From positions 1,691 to 65,690 of the forward strand of contig JAUILH010000006.1 in NCBI GenBank assembly GCA_030433115.1: a DNA stretch of 64,000 nucleotides, read 5' to 3'. The first letter of the stretch is position 1. Each line of letters opens with the position of its first letter. The position numbers and the translations under genes were made by a program. Below the pieces are notes generated by a model. It searched no databases. It had not been told where the DNA came from and was given only the letters and a program-made list of their open reading frames with translations. This document shows, in pieces, positions 28,625 to 37,715 of the stretch. Source of the stretch: Bacteroidia bacterium. Lineage in GTDB: Bacteria > Bacteroidota > Bacteroidia > Flavobacteriales_D > JAUILH01.

Positions 28625-29545
28625 TTATAACTTTCTCTCAAGTTTTTCCCGATCCCAATTGGCTGTTTGTGCGGCGGCATCATAGGTCGTTTGTAAGAAT
28701 TCATATAAAGCCTTCTCGGGATTCTCTTTTGTAATCAAGTCTTTATATTTCAAAAAGAACTCTCCCATATCTGTGCTATAAAATGCTTCTTTGGGAGAGA
28801 CAGCTTGTTCTCCAAAACCCGGTGCACTCGGGTAAGCATAGGCATAAAATGCTGGAAATGGAAACGCCTTCGATCCTAACCAGAATCCGGCACTTGATAC
28901 TTCTTCTGAATACGCTTCCTGCATCACGTCTAAAGGCATATTGGGCATGCCTCCGGGATGAAGTGGAGCCGGCCTTCCGGAAAACCTTGTAACGGCAAGG
29001 TCGAAAGCGCCCCAAAAAAGGTGAACCGGGCTGGCCTTCCCAATGAATTCACTTCTGAATTGACTGAACACCTCATTTGCTTTAAGCATAGATTTCCAAA
29101 TGGCTTCTGCAGCTTCAGGGTTGTAAGATTTGTTTACTTTATTCTCGGCAAACGGAATGGCTGGCTCCATTTCGTTCGGACTTCCATGAATTTTGACATC
29201 AATTCCCAATTGATGAAGCTTGTCAAATAGTTCTGCATGAAAACTGGCAACAGTTCTTGGATGCAATTCCATGGATTCCGAGCCACTATTGGAACAACTG
29301 ATTATGAGCTTGTGCAGTTTGAAATCAAAGTCAATTTGAAAGATTCGCCCCTGGTACGGAATGCTGTTTGTGGAGATACCCGAAGAGCTAATATAGAGCG
29401 TGGTGTGCCATGACTGATTTTGCCATGGCATGGTTCTCAACCTGATTTTACCAACAATTTGAAGCCATTGATGTAATGTTTCTATGGTGTCTTGCATTTT
29501 TGGGAAGTCCAATTCTGGCCAGTTATTAGCAGTATTTTCAGTCAT
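28625..29545 (-). CDS. DUF5996-like hypothetical protein
   Basis: 306 aa with a WPELDF...TLHQWLQIVGKIRL opening recalled from that family. Assignment is from memory only. Confidence 0.45.
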   Translation of the reverse strand: MTENTANNWPELDFPKMQDTIETLHQWLQIVGKIRLRTMPWQNQSWHTTLYISSSGISTNSIPYQGRIFQIDFDFKLHKLIISCSNSGSESMELHPRTVASFHAELFDKLHQLGIDVKIHGSPNEMEPAIPFAENKVNKSYNPEAAEAIWKSMLKANEVFSQFRSEFIGKASPVHLFWGAFDLAVTRFSGRPAPLHPGGMPNMPLDVMQEAYSEEVSSAGFWLGSKAFPFPAFYAYAYPSAPGFGEQAVSPKEAFYSTDMGEFFLKYKDLITKENPEKALYEFLQTTYDAAAQTANWDREKLERKL

Positions 29546-29553
29546 AAGTGTAG

Positions 29554-30129
29554 TTATTTAAAAAGCTGTTCGGTAATTAGTTTTTGCCAGAAAGTTCTCA
29601 GTTCTGGCAATTCATTTAAGCGTGTTTTTAATTCATCGATATTCCAGGATAGTAACTCGTCATTTTGGCTCAATTGTACAGACTTGGGTTCGCGCTTATT
29701 GGCATCAACAAATCCGGCGGCATTGACAAGGTTCACCCCGTTTTCTTGTATATGAACGGCAACGGAGTCTTTATGAATGTTTTCGGAGGCTGTTCCTTTT
29801 GAAATGTTCGCAATTTCCATCCACATTCTGTATAGCTTGTGGTCAAGTGCGGGGTCAATTCTTTGAAGCGTTTCATATTCTTGGGGGCTCAATCGGACGG
29901 GCTTTCTTGATTTGAAAAGCAAATACAACTGAACCGCATTGATGATAAAAAATGCCACACCCCAAATCACAGGTTGCCACAAGGGCCCGTTGGTAACCAA
30001 AAAATAATAACCCATCAAGGCAAGCCCACCTATGATACTGAGAATTCTCAGCAAAAAAATACCGCTCACCAGGTAAGATGTTAAGTAGAGAATGTTGCCT
30101 GCCCACAAGAAGATTTCCGCACTTTCCAT
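29554..30129 (-). CDS. Membrane protein (3 TM) with a soluble C-terminal domain
   Basis: ATG at 30129 (MESAEIFLWAG) sits 1 nt after the upstream stop. Three hydrophobic segments; function unknown. Confidence 0.45.
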   Translation of the reverse strand: MESAEIFLWAGNILYLTSYLVSGIFLLRILSIIGGLALMGYYFLVTNGPLWQPVIWGVAFFIINAVQLYLLFKSRKPVRLSPQEYETLQRIDPALDHKLYRMWMEIANISKGTASENIHKDSVAVHIQENGVNLVNAAGFVDANKREPKSVQLSQNDELLSWNIDELKTRLNELPELRTFWQKLITEQLFK

Positions 30130-30130
30130 G

Positions 30131-30709
30131 TCATTCAGTTTTTTGAGAAACCATGAGTTTTTGAACTGCCGCAATCAAATCATTGGTGTCTGCAATGCCT
30201 GCCACACTTTTGTTTTGGAAGTGGAAATGGAGCATCCCTTCTTGGTCAACTAGAAGCGCACCTCCTTGCTGCCAATTGTCTCCCTGTACTTTACTTTGAC
30301 CAATGCCTTTTGAGAATGATCGGATATAATCTGCCAAAGACCTAAAACTAAATACGGTCCAAAAAGAACGTTTCATTTCGGCCAGTTTGTAAGATTTCAA
30401 GCTGGGGTCTGTGTAAATAGAAACGGGCTTATCGTTTAGCTGAAACTTATCCTTAAAGCCCTGAATAAAATTGGCTCCTCCGTTTCCAATAATGACCAGA
30501 TTCACCCCTAAATTGCAGAGCTCATTTATGCGTGGTGAAATGGCGTCCATTTGTGCAGTACAACCAATACAACCAAAGTGACGCACAAAAATGATGAGAG
30601 CGGGAGTATCTTGCCAGAATGTGTTGAAAACAACAGACTCTTGCTTCTCGTTTTTGACCTCAAAAGAGGAGAGATCTGGCGGAATGGGCTTGGGAAATTT
30701 GTTTGACAT
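30131..30709 (-). CDS. Peroxiredoxin-like (AhpC/TSA-like) family protein
   Basis: Thioredoxin-fold pattern ALIIFVRHFGCIGC in a 192-aa protein. Confidence 0.7.
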   Translation of the reverse strand: MSNKFPKPIPPDLSSFEVKNEKQESVVFNTFWQDTPALIIFVRHFGCIGCTAQMDAISPRINELCNLGVNLVIIGNGGANFIQGFKDKFQLNDKPVSIYTDPSLKSYKLAEMKRSFWTVFSFRSLADYIRSFSKGIGQSKVQGDNWQQGGALLVDQEGMLHFHFQNKSVAGIADTNDLIAAVQKLMVSQKTE

Positions 30710-30749
30710 GGATATCTAATTTAAACAAAGTATGCATGCAAACAGGTCT

Positions 30750-31094
30750 TTAATCATTCAAACCTTCCTCTTTCATCAGCTCAAGCCCATAATTTCTAAT
30801 GGAAATGATGATCTCGATGGACCTTAAACCCCTTTTGGTAATGCTGTATTCCGTTTTAGGAGGCACCACGGCATAGACCTTTCTATTGATGAACCCGTTG
30901 GCTTCCAATTCTCTCAACTGAGTGGTCAGCATTTTGTCTGAAATATGAGGGATGTCACGCTTCAACTCACTGTATCTCATAATTCGGTCTTGAAGACGCC
31001 AAAGTATTGGCATTTTCCATGTCCCACCAATCATTTCCATGGCAAATTCAACCGGATTGTAAAACGTTTTCCCTTTGTATATGAAATCTCCCAT
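30750..31094 (-). CDS. HxlR-family transcriptional regulator
   Basis: GGTWKMPILWRL...RYSELKRDIPHISDKMLTTQLRELEANGFINRKVY..PPKTEYSIT, the canonical HxlR wHTH. Confidence 0.85.
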   Translation of the reverse strand: MGDFIYKGKTFYNPVEFAMEMIGGTWKMPILWRLQDRIMRYSELKRDIPHISDKMLTTQLRELEANGFINRKVYAVVPPKTEYSITKRGLRSIEIIISIRNYGLELMKEEGLND

Positions 31095-31194
31095 GCTTTA
31101 AAGGTCTTGATATTCAGTTCTTAAAACCATTCAAAAAAGAAGATTACCGGTACACAATGTTTGTTAGAACAAGGGGCATAATGGACATCAGATT

Positions 31195-31734
31195 ATGTTG
31201 GGGGTACAGGACCTCAATCGCTTTAAAAGAAAAGAACTATTGGATAACCCAAATACAGAGGTAGCTGACATAAAAGTCGCAGTCCAAAAGTCAGAGGTGA
31301 TATTGCTCGCAACTCCCGCTACAGCTGCCATTGATGTTGCCAAGAGCCTAGGAGATACAGAAGGTAAAATCATAATTGACGCCATGAATATTATCATGGG
31401 AAAAGGACCTGAAGACTATGAGAACACTAGCCAGGCAATTCTGGATAATACGAGCACAACAGATCTCGTGAAATGCTTCAATACGACAGGATTTAACAAT
31501 ATGTTGGACCCGTTTTACGATGGACAGCCAATTGAGCTGTTTGTAGCAGGAGACAGTGAGAGCGGTAAGAAAGCGGCCATTCAATTGGCAAAAGATGCAG
31601 GTTTCTTCGACTGTATTGATGTTGGAGGAAACAATAAGTTTACACTCATGGAACAATTTGCCTGGTTCTGGATTAACCTGGCCATGTTTCAAGGGGAGGG
31701 CAGAGAGATTGGTTTTAAACTACTGAGAAGGTAA
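31195..31734 (+). CDS. NADP oxidoreductase (F420-dependent NADP reductase-like family), N-terminally truncated
   Basis: Matches the family from SEVILLATPATAAIDV..GKIIIDAMN onward. The GxGxxG Rossmann opening is absent, and an in-frame TAG lies 28 nt upstream of the ATG. Confidence 0.55.
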   Translation: MLGVQDLNRFKRKELLDNPNTEVADIKVAVQKSEVILLATPATAAIDVAKSLGDTEGKIIIDAMNIIMGKGPEDYENTSQAILDNTSTTDLVKCFNTTGFNNMLDPFYDGQPIELFVAGDSESGKKAAIQLAKDAGFFDCIDVGGNNKFTLMEQFAWFWINLAMFQGEGREIGFKLLRR

Positions 31735-31851
31735 ACTTGCCCCATTTTAGTTTTGTTTAAGAATGCGGATGCCGGACTTTCACCCAGCTTATCGCAATAA
31801 AACAGCCAGGATTTCATAAATTAAGCGTTTAAATAATGATTTAACGCGCAT

Positions 31852-32340
31852 ATGAGCTCCAATCAACCAACACCTGAACAAGAAATTGCACGTCTTAAAA
31901 AAGAACTTCTGGAGGCAAAAACTGCACTCTCTGATCTCACTATGGTGTTTAATGAAATTCTTGAAGGAACCATGGCAGGTTATTGGGATTGGGACATCCC
32001 AAATGAACAGGAGTATATGAGCCCAACGTTTAAAAAAATGTTTGGTTATGAGGATCATGAAATAGCCAATACACCTGATTGGTGGCAGGCTAACATTTTT
32101 GAAGAAGATTTACCAGGTGTATTCAAAGTGTTTGAAGACCACGTAAAGAGCAAAGGAAAGATTCCTTATGACAACGTTGTGCGCTATCGGCATAAAAATG
32201 GGTCTACCGTATGGGTCTACTGCAGGGGTAAAGTCATTGAATGGAACAACGATGGAAGTCCCAAAAGAATGGTGGGTTCTCACATTGATATTACGGAACT
32301 AAAGACAGTACAATCTGAATTGCAGAACAAACAAGATTAG
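31852..32340 (+). CDS. PAS domain protein: the N-terminal part of a histidine kinase split by an in-frame TAG
   Basis: Coiled-coil then a PAS/PAC domain (GYWDWDIPNEQEYMSPTFKKMFGY...WVYCRGKVIEW..GSHIDITELK). It ends at TAG 32338-32340, in the same frame as the next ORF. Confidence 0.75.
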   Translation: MSSNQPTPEQEIARLKKELLEAKTALSDLTMVFNEILEGTMAGYWDWDIPNEQEYMSPTFKKMFGYEDHEIANTPDWWQANIFEEDLPGVFKVFEDHVKSKGKIPYDNVVRYRHKNGSTVWVYCRGKVIEWNNDGSPKRMVGSHIDITELKTVQSELQNKQD

Positions 32341-33420
32341 GTGGTTGAACACGAAATGCTGTACAGGTATTTATACGAAACAGCACACGAAATGCATGCA
32401 TCCGTTAGCCCCAAAAACGGATTGGTAATAAAATGCAACCATACTTTATGCGAGAAACTTGGATATACAAGAGAGGAAATAATTGGGCAACCAATATTCA
32501 ATTTATACGACCCTCAGAGCATGTCCGCAGCAGAAAAAGCATTTGAAAGTTTCCAGAAAAGCGGGGAGGTAAGAGATGCAGAGTTGATACTCAAAACCAA
32601 AAAAGGTCGAAAGCTAAATGTCATTCTGAATGTAAGCTCTGTTAGAAATAAGAAAGGCGATTTGTTGTACAGCAGAAGCAGCTGGTATGACATCACTGCT
32701 CGCAAGAGACAGGAAAATAAGGAAAGAGAAATGATGAAAATGCTGACACATAGAAACCAGGAAATGGAACAGTTTACTAGCATTATATCTCACGATCTAA
32801 ATGAACCAATCCGCACGATAAAAAGCTTTTCAGGCCTGCTTCATGACCGTTTGCAAGGTGAGGCAGATGACAAAACCATGCAGTATCTGGCCTTAACACG
32901 CAAGTCTGCAGATAAAATGCAGAAATTGGTAGATGCACTGCTGAATTATCGCAGATTGGGAAGTGCCAGTGTAGAATCTGATGTGTCACTACAATCTATC
33001 CTTGAGAATGAAATTAATGAGCTTGAAGGATATATCGAGCTTACTGGAGCTGAAATCAAGCTGGACGGCAATTTGCCAACGATTAAGGGATTTCCGGAGG
33101 ACCTGGCCGTTTTGTTCAGAAACGTCTTGCACAACGCCATCAAATTCGTGCCTGAAGATCGGACACCGCAGATAAAGATCAGTTCCAAAGAAGAGGCTGG
33201 TGGTGTTACGGTAGTCATTTCAGACAATGGAATTGGGATCGACCCTAAATATGCGAAGAAAGTATTCGAAATGTTCCAGCAATTGCATGTATTGAACGCA
33301 GATAGTGGAGTTGGTATGGGGCTCACTTACTGCCAAAAGGTAGCGGATTTACATAACGGCAAGATTTGGTTTGAGCCTCAACAAGTTGGCACTTGCTTTT
33401 ATATAAACTTCAACACTTGA
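32341..33420 (+). CDS. PAS + HisKA + HATPase histidine kinase (C-terminal part)
   Basis: H-box FTSIISHDLNEPIRTI, N-box NVLHNAIKF, and G-boxes DNGIGID / GVGMGL. It begins directly after the TAG. Confidence 0.8.
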   Translation: MVEHEMLYRYLYETAHEMHASVSPKNGLVIKCNHTLCEKLGYTREEIIGQPIFNLYDPQSMSAAEKAFESFQKSGEVRDAELILKTKKGRKLNVILNVSSVRNKKGDLLYSRSSWYDITARKRQENKEREMMKMLTHRNQEMEQFTSIISHDLNEPIRTIKSFSGLLHDRLQGEADDKTMQYLALTRKSADKMQKLVDALLNYRRLGSASVESDVSLQSILENEINELEGYIELTGAEIKLDGNLPTIKGFPEDLAVLFRNVLHNAIKFVPEDRTPQIKISSKEEAGGVTVVISDNGIGIDPKYAKKVFEMFQQLHVLNADSGVGMGLTYCQKVADLHNGKIWFEPQQVGTCFYINFNT

Positions 33421-33477
33421 TTTCTCTATTGAAAGCACTACATTTGCTTAAGCCCAAAAAAGCGCAAAACAGGAGCT

Positions 33478-34326
33478 ATGGTATTGAAAGTTGTAAGAGA
33501 CAATGCTTTAGATGAGAAACAGGAGATAAACATCTTACTGGTAGAGGACAATGAGCACGACATTATGCTTATTGAGGACGCCATGACTAGGGCAATTCCA
33601 GGGTCCAATCTAAGTATTTTTAGGGACGGTCAGTCAGCCATCGATTTTTTTCAAAATTATCCGTTACAGTCAAACTCATCGGTTGAACTGATTTTACTTG
33701 ATCTCAATATCCCTAAAGTAGACGGGTATGAAGTATTAAAGTTTTTAAGAGGTTCGGACCATTTCAAAACTGTACCCATCATCATTTTAAGTGGAAGTCC
33801 GGACCCCATGGATGTCATCAGATCTTATCAGAATCTTGCCAGTTCTTTTGTGAGAAAACCATCCGATTTTTCCCGATTGGTGAGTCTCATGTCGGATTTG
33901 CCAAATTACCAGAACCAGATCATGAGTCAAGCTTCAGAAAGACTTGTGCATGCGGCTCAACTACCCTCTCTTCCTGGGTCAGAGCCTGTCCCCTCAAAAA
34001 TTTCATTGACAACTCAAACGGGCGTTGAATACGTCTTAATTGATACCATTATTCGAGTTGAAGCGGACAGAGCTTATTGTAAGTTTCACATTGATGGAGG
34101 CAAGGTGATACATGTGTCAAAGTCCATGGGCAGTTTTGAGCCTGTTCTAGAGGCATATAAGTTCTTTAAACCGCACAAATCCAACCTTGTGAACGGACAT
34201 TACATTTCAAGGTATGTTAAGACCGACGGTGGCTACATAGAAATGTCCGATGGTAGCCATGTATCTGTAGCCGTTAGAAGAAGGGAAGATTTGTTTGAGT
34301 TCATGAGCCAGATTTCTTTGGCCTAG
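33478..34326 (+). CDS. Response regulator: REC domain + LytTR DNA-binding domain
   Basis: REC motifs ILLVEDNEHD, LILLDLNIPKVDG and PIIILSGS. The C-terminal LytTR-like block is IIRVEADRAYCKFHIDGGKVIHVSKSMGSFEPVL..FFKPHKSNLVN. Confidence 0.85.
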   Translation: MVLKVVRDNALDEKQEINILLVEDNEHDIMLIEDAMTRAIPGSNLSIFRDGQSAIDFFQNYPLQSNSSVELILLDLNIPKVDGYEVLKFLRGSDHFKTVPIIILSGSPDPMDVIRSYQNLASSFVRKPSDFSRLVSLMSDLPNYQNQIMSQASERLVHAAQLPSLPGSEPVPSKISLTTQTGVEYVLIDTIIRVEADRAYCKFHIDGGKVIHVSKSMGSFEPVLEAYKFFKPHKSNLVNGHYISRYVKTDGGYIEMSDGSHVSVAVRRREDLFEFMSQISLA

Positions 34327-34363
34327 ATAGTCTTCCCATACCAAAACATCTTTTATTCTAAAT

Positions 34364-34400
34364 AACTGTACGAAGGGAAATAAAAACCCTACGAAGGGAA
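34364..34400 (+). promoter_or_regulatory. Direct repeat pair (AACnnTACGAAGGGAA x2, 21-bp period): candidate LytTR regulator binding site
   Basis: TACGAAGGGAA occurs at 34369-34379 and again at 34390-34400, each preceded by AAC+2 nt. The pair lies between the LytTR gene stop (34326) and the first operon start (34493). Confidence 0.45.
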
Positions 34401-34492
34401 GATCGCGCAGGATAAAGAACACTCCTCATAATAATTTCAGTGACTGTTAATCTAACGGCATCAAAATCAACTGGAATAAGTCAATAATAGGA

Positions 34493-36136
34493 GTGCTAGG
34501 TCTATCAATCATACTGGTAAATAACAGCTTTAAGCTTGTTGGTCAAAAGAAATCCGAAAAACCAATTCATATTTCTGGTCAAGTTGGTGTTGGTTATGAA
34601 TACGGTCTATTGCCCTTTGTTTCGAACGCTCAACCCCCACAAGGAAATGCTTTTTCTAACGGTGTTTTAGGAGTCTGCTACAAAGGAGTACCATTGACAT
34701 TTAATTATCACTACTCCTCAGTTGGAACGATCAGTGGCTTGAACAACTATGCCAGATTAAGGTTTGATTCTCAGTCATACCGAAAACAACTCAAAGAAAA
34801 GCTTCAGAACTACAAGGCAGAAAAAATACAGCAATTAACCGACCTACAAGGTTACCGCCAAAAAATCCAACAGCAATTACTTTATCTGGATATGTTGGAA
34901 AAAGGAACTGTAAGCAATGCCCAGGCAAAACTACCAGAGTTACCAAGCTTAAACAAGCTGCCGTTTTCCTTGTCCTCAATACCAGGGTTTGAGCTGCCGT
35001 CAGAGGAATTGTCTCTTCCGGAAATAAATACCAACGACCACCTGCCTTTGGACAGTCTTAAGATGCCTTCAATCAAAGACAGTCTGGGTTTCAATGAGGC
35101 CCTTGGAAACAGGAAGACCCAACTGCTTAACATGTTGAGTTTGCTTCAGAAGGCAGAAGGCGCATTGGAGCAGCTGAAGGGAGCCTCTTTGGATAGTTTA
35201 TACCAATCACAAGAAATTCAAAAAGACTTACCAGGTCAGAGTAAACTAAAAAGAATTCTGTCATATACGGACAAGTTAGAGTTAGGGCTCTGTTATCCGG
35301 ATAACAACGTTTTTACAGTTGCCAGAACTCCGGTTCGAGGAGTTAATTTTGAATACAGCAAACACAACAAGTTTTTTGCATTTACCCATGGAAGAACAGT
35401 CAATAACCTGTTCATTGGGAATAACGTTTTGCAAAACAATTTAAATGCCGCAAGGAACCTGTACAACTTTTTCGATTTCAATAATGTTGAATCAGGTAGA
35501 AGAATTACTTCAATAAAATATGGGTGGGGAGCTAAGTCTGGAACTCACTTATATCTTGGGGTTCTGCATGGATATGGTAAAACATCTTATCTGGACTCAA
35601 TAAGTACAACAAAGGAGCATAATCTGGTGGGAGAAGTTGATGCTCAGTGGACCATTAACAAGACCAATCACCTGGCGTTTTCATATGGTCGTTCATACAT
35701 TCAAGCCGACCAAATCAACAATACAGAGCAAAGTGCAATTACAGCCTCTTTTTTTGATTTCACCCATAGGAGCAATGCCGCCTTGCTCAATTATAAGCTA
35801 GAACTTCCGAAAACCAGAACTGAAGTATCCGTGAGTGGGCGACTTGTGGATCCTTTCTTCAAAAGTTTGGGACTTGGTTTCATGCGTTCGGACAACCTAA
35901 GATATGAGGGCAGACTTAAACAAAGAATTGGCAAAACTTTCAAATTGTCTGGTTTTTACAGAAGAGAGCGAGATAACCTTTTGGCAATGTACGACTTCAA
36001 CAATGTATTGATGTCCTATGGCGTTGGAGCAGAGCTCAAAATCAAAAGATCAGGATTCGCAAAAGTAGATTTGCGACCTGTGGTTCATTCAATGGACGCG
36101 GAGTGGATAGTTTGGACTTTCAAAACAATAACCTAA
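34493..36136 (+). CDS. Putative outer-membrane beta-barrel-like protein, part 1
   Basis: GTG start with a weak signal-like N-terminus. Long runs of alternating-polarity strands rich in Y/G/N/S, with a central coiled-coil insert. No known motif. Confidence 0.4.
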   Translation: MLGLSIILVNNSFKLVGQKKSEKPIHISGQVGVGYEYGLLPFVSNAQPPQGNAFSNGVLGVCYKGVPLTFNYHYSSVGTISGLNNYARLRFDSQSYRKQLKEKLQNYKAEKIQQLTDLQGYRQKIQQQLLYLDMLEKGTVSNAQAKLPELPSLNKLPFSLSSIPGFELPSEELSLPEINTNDHLPLDSLKMPSIKDSLGFNEALGNRKTQLLNMLSLLQKAEGALEQLKGASLDSLYQSQEIQKDLPGQSKLKRILSYTDKLELGLCYPDNNVFTVARTPVRGVNFEYSKHNKFFAFTHGRTVNNLFIGNNVLQNNLNAARNLYNFFDFNNVESGRRITSIKYGWGAKSGTHLYLGVLHGYGKTSYLDSISTTKEHNLVGEVDAQWTINKTNHLAFSYGRSYIQADQINNTEQSAITASFFDFTHRSNAALLNYKLELPKTRTEVSVSGRLVDPFFKSLGLGFMRSDNLRYEGRLKQRIGKTFKLSGFYRRERDNLLAMYDFNNVLMSYGVGAELKIKRSGFAKVDLRPVVHSMDAEWIVWTFKTIT

Positions 36137-36615
36137 TTCTTAATGCGGTAGCGAATTACAGAATAAGAATAAAGAAAGACAACTACCTCACGACAACAGC
36201 CATTTATGCTTACTACAAACTGTATAATGGTGAAGAAAATCACACCTATCAAAACTTTAACGTCAATCTGCAAGCCTCAGTTAAAGACAAATGGCTTGTA
36301 AATGCCAATTACAACCAATATACCAGCACAGATACCGCTATTATTCCCCTTACTGGCTTGGCCGACTTGAGTCTTGAATACATTAGAAATAAGTGGTCTC
36401 TTAAAGGAGGAGGAAAGATGGCTGTACCCGGAGAAAATGGAGAACCACTGCAATGGGGATACTTGCTCGGAATCAGAAGTAAACTTTTTAAAAGAACAGA
36501 ATTAGAATTAACCGCAGAACGCCTGGTTATTGGGGATTTTTATAGCTCCGTTTTACTGGATAACGTTCTGGCTTACCCATACAATTTTAAAGCAATTATA
36601 AGCATTCAGATATGA
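36103..36615 (+). CDS. Beta-strand-rich ORF lacking a signal peptide; probably the frameshifted C-terminus of the preceding protein
   Basis: It overlaps the previous ORF by 34 nt in the -1 frame. Strand-like sequence (LILNAVANYRIRI.., TTTAIYAYYKLY.., WLVNANYNQY..). Confidence 0.4.
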   Translation: MDSLDFQNNNLILNAVANYRIRIKKDNYLTTTAIYAYYKLYNGEENHTYQNFNVNLQASVKDKWLVNANYNQYTSTDTAIIPLTGLADLSLEYIRNKWSLKGGGKMAVPGENGEPLQWGYLLGIRSKLFKRTELELTAERLVIGDFYSSVLLDNVLAYPYNFKAIISIQI

Positions 36616-37715
36616 TACGGATCATTAAAAAAACGGCCTTCCTTTTGCTTTTGTCGCTGACAGGAGCTCAATATTCCTCTGGTCAAGTAAGCATAAGTAA
36701 TGCCAACTTATTTCCATTTAATGTTACCAGACAGGCAATGGTTCAAGTGGCTATTATGAGCAATACTTCTCAAGCTCAAATCAGATTGGAAAGTTCGGTA
36801 AGCAATGCTTCAGGAGAAGTGCTTTATAAAGTCTCTACAGCACCATTTCAACTAAATATGGGCTTAAACAACGTATCGCTCTCTAAGGTTCAGATAATAG
36901 AAGAGAGCTACGGTATGTCGAATCAGGCGAGCTATGTTAAAACCAATCACCGGCTCCCCTCCGGGGCATTTAGTTTCTGTGTAGTAGCAATTCCCATAAG
37001 CGGACTGGAGAGTGGAGATGATTATTGTCTGGACATTGATGCAAGTGACAATGAATTTTTATCCCTTGTTTTTCCGAATGATGGAGACACCCTGGACACG
37101 GATCGTCCGGTGCTGAATTGGACGCATAGCGAATCTTTTAATTTGTTAACGGAAGGAGAGTTTTTCAAGTTGATTGTGGTTGAGAAAGAAAAAGACCAAT
37201 CAAATGAGGCTGCAGTAACGACCAACGAACCAGTTTTTCTGAAGAATTATGTTACGCGTCATCAGGTTCCTTATTCCCTGGATGCTAAAAAACTGGAAAA
37301 AGGAAAAACCTATGCCTGGCAAGTTCAAAAAATCTCCAGAGGCTCAATCGTAAACAAAACAGAAGCCTGGGAATTCATAATGCGTCCGGAAGAGGAAATA
37401 AAGGAACATATGTTCACCACATTAAAAAGAAAACTCGACGGAACATTTTACCATGTGTATAACGACAAAATTTACTTCCGGTTTGATGAAAGATACGCTA
37501 CTGGCAACCTAAACTGCCGAATTCTCAATGAGAAGCGTCAGGAAATTAAACCGGAAATGGAAAGTACAGAATCCCATTTAAGTAATCAGAAATCTGCAGG
37601 ATACAATCAATTTATTTTAGATCTGTTGCCCTTCAATCTTGAAAAGGGATTTTACATACTAGAATGCCTTGATGAAAAATCGGAGAAATTTTTACTGAAG
37701 TTTTATGTTGGTTAG
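36612..37715 (+). CDS. Secreted hypothetical protein
   Basis: Signal peptide MIRIIKKTAFLLLLSLTGAQYSSGQ. ATGA overlap with the upstream ORF. Confidence 0.5.
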   Translation: MIRIIKKTAFLLLLSLTGAQYSSGQVSISNANLFPFNVTRQAMVQVAIMSNTSQAQIRLESSVSNASGEVLYKVSTAPFQLNMGLNNVSLSKVQIIEESYGMSNQASYVKTNHRLPSGAFSFCVVAIPISGLESGDDYCLDIDASDNEFLSLVFPNDGDTLDTDRPVLNWTHSESFNLLTEGEFFKLIVVEKEKDQSNEAAVTTNEPVFLKNYVTRHQVPYSLDAKKLEKGKTYAWQVQKISRGSIVNKTEAWEFIMRPEEEIKEHMFTTLKRKLDGTFYHVYNDKIYFRFDERYATGNLNCRILNEKRQEIKPEMESTESHLSNQKSAGYNQFILDLLPFNLEKGFYILECLDEKSEKFLLKFYVG

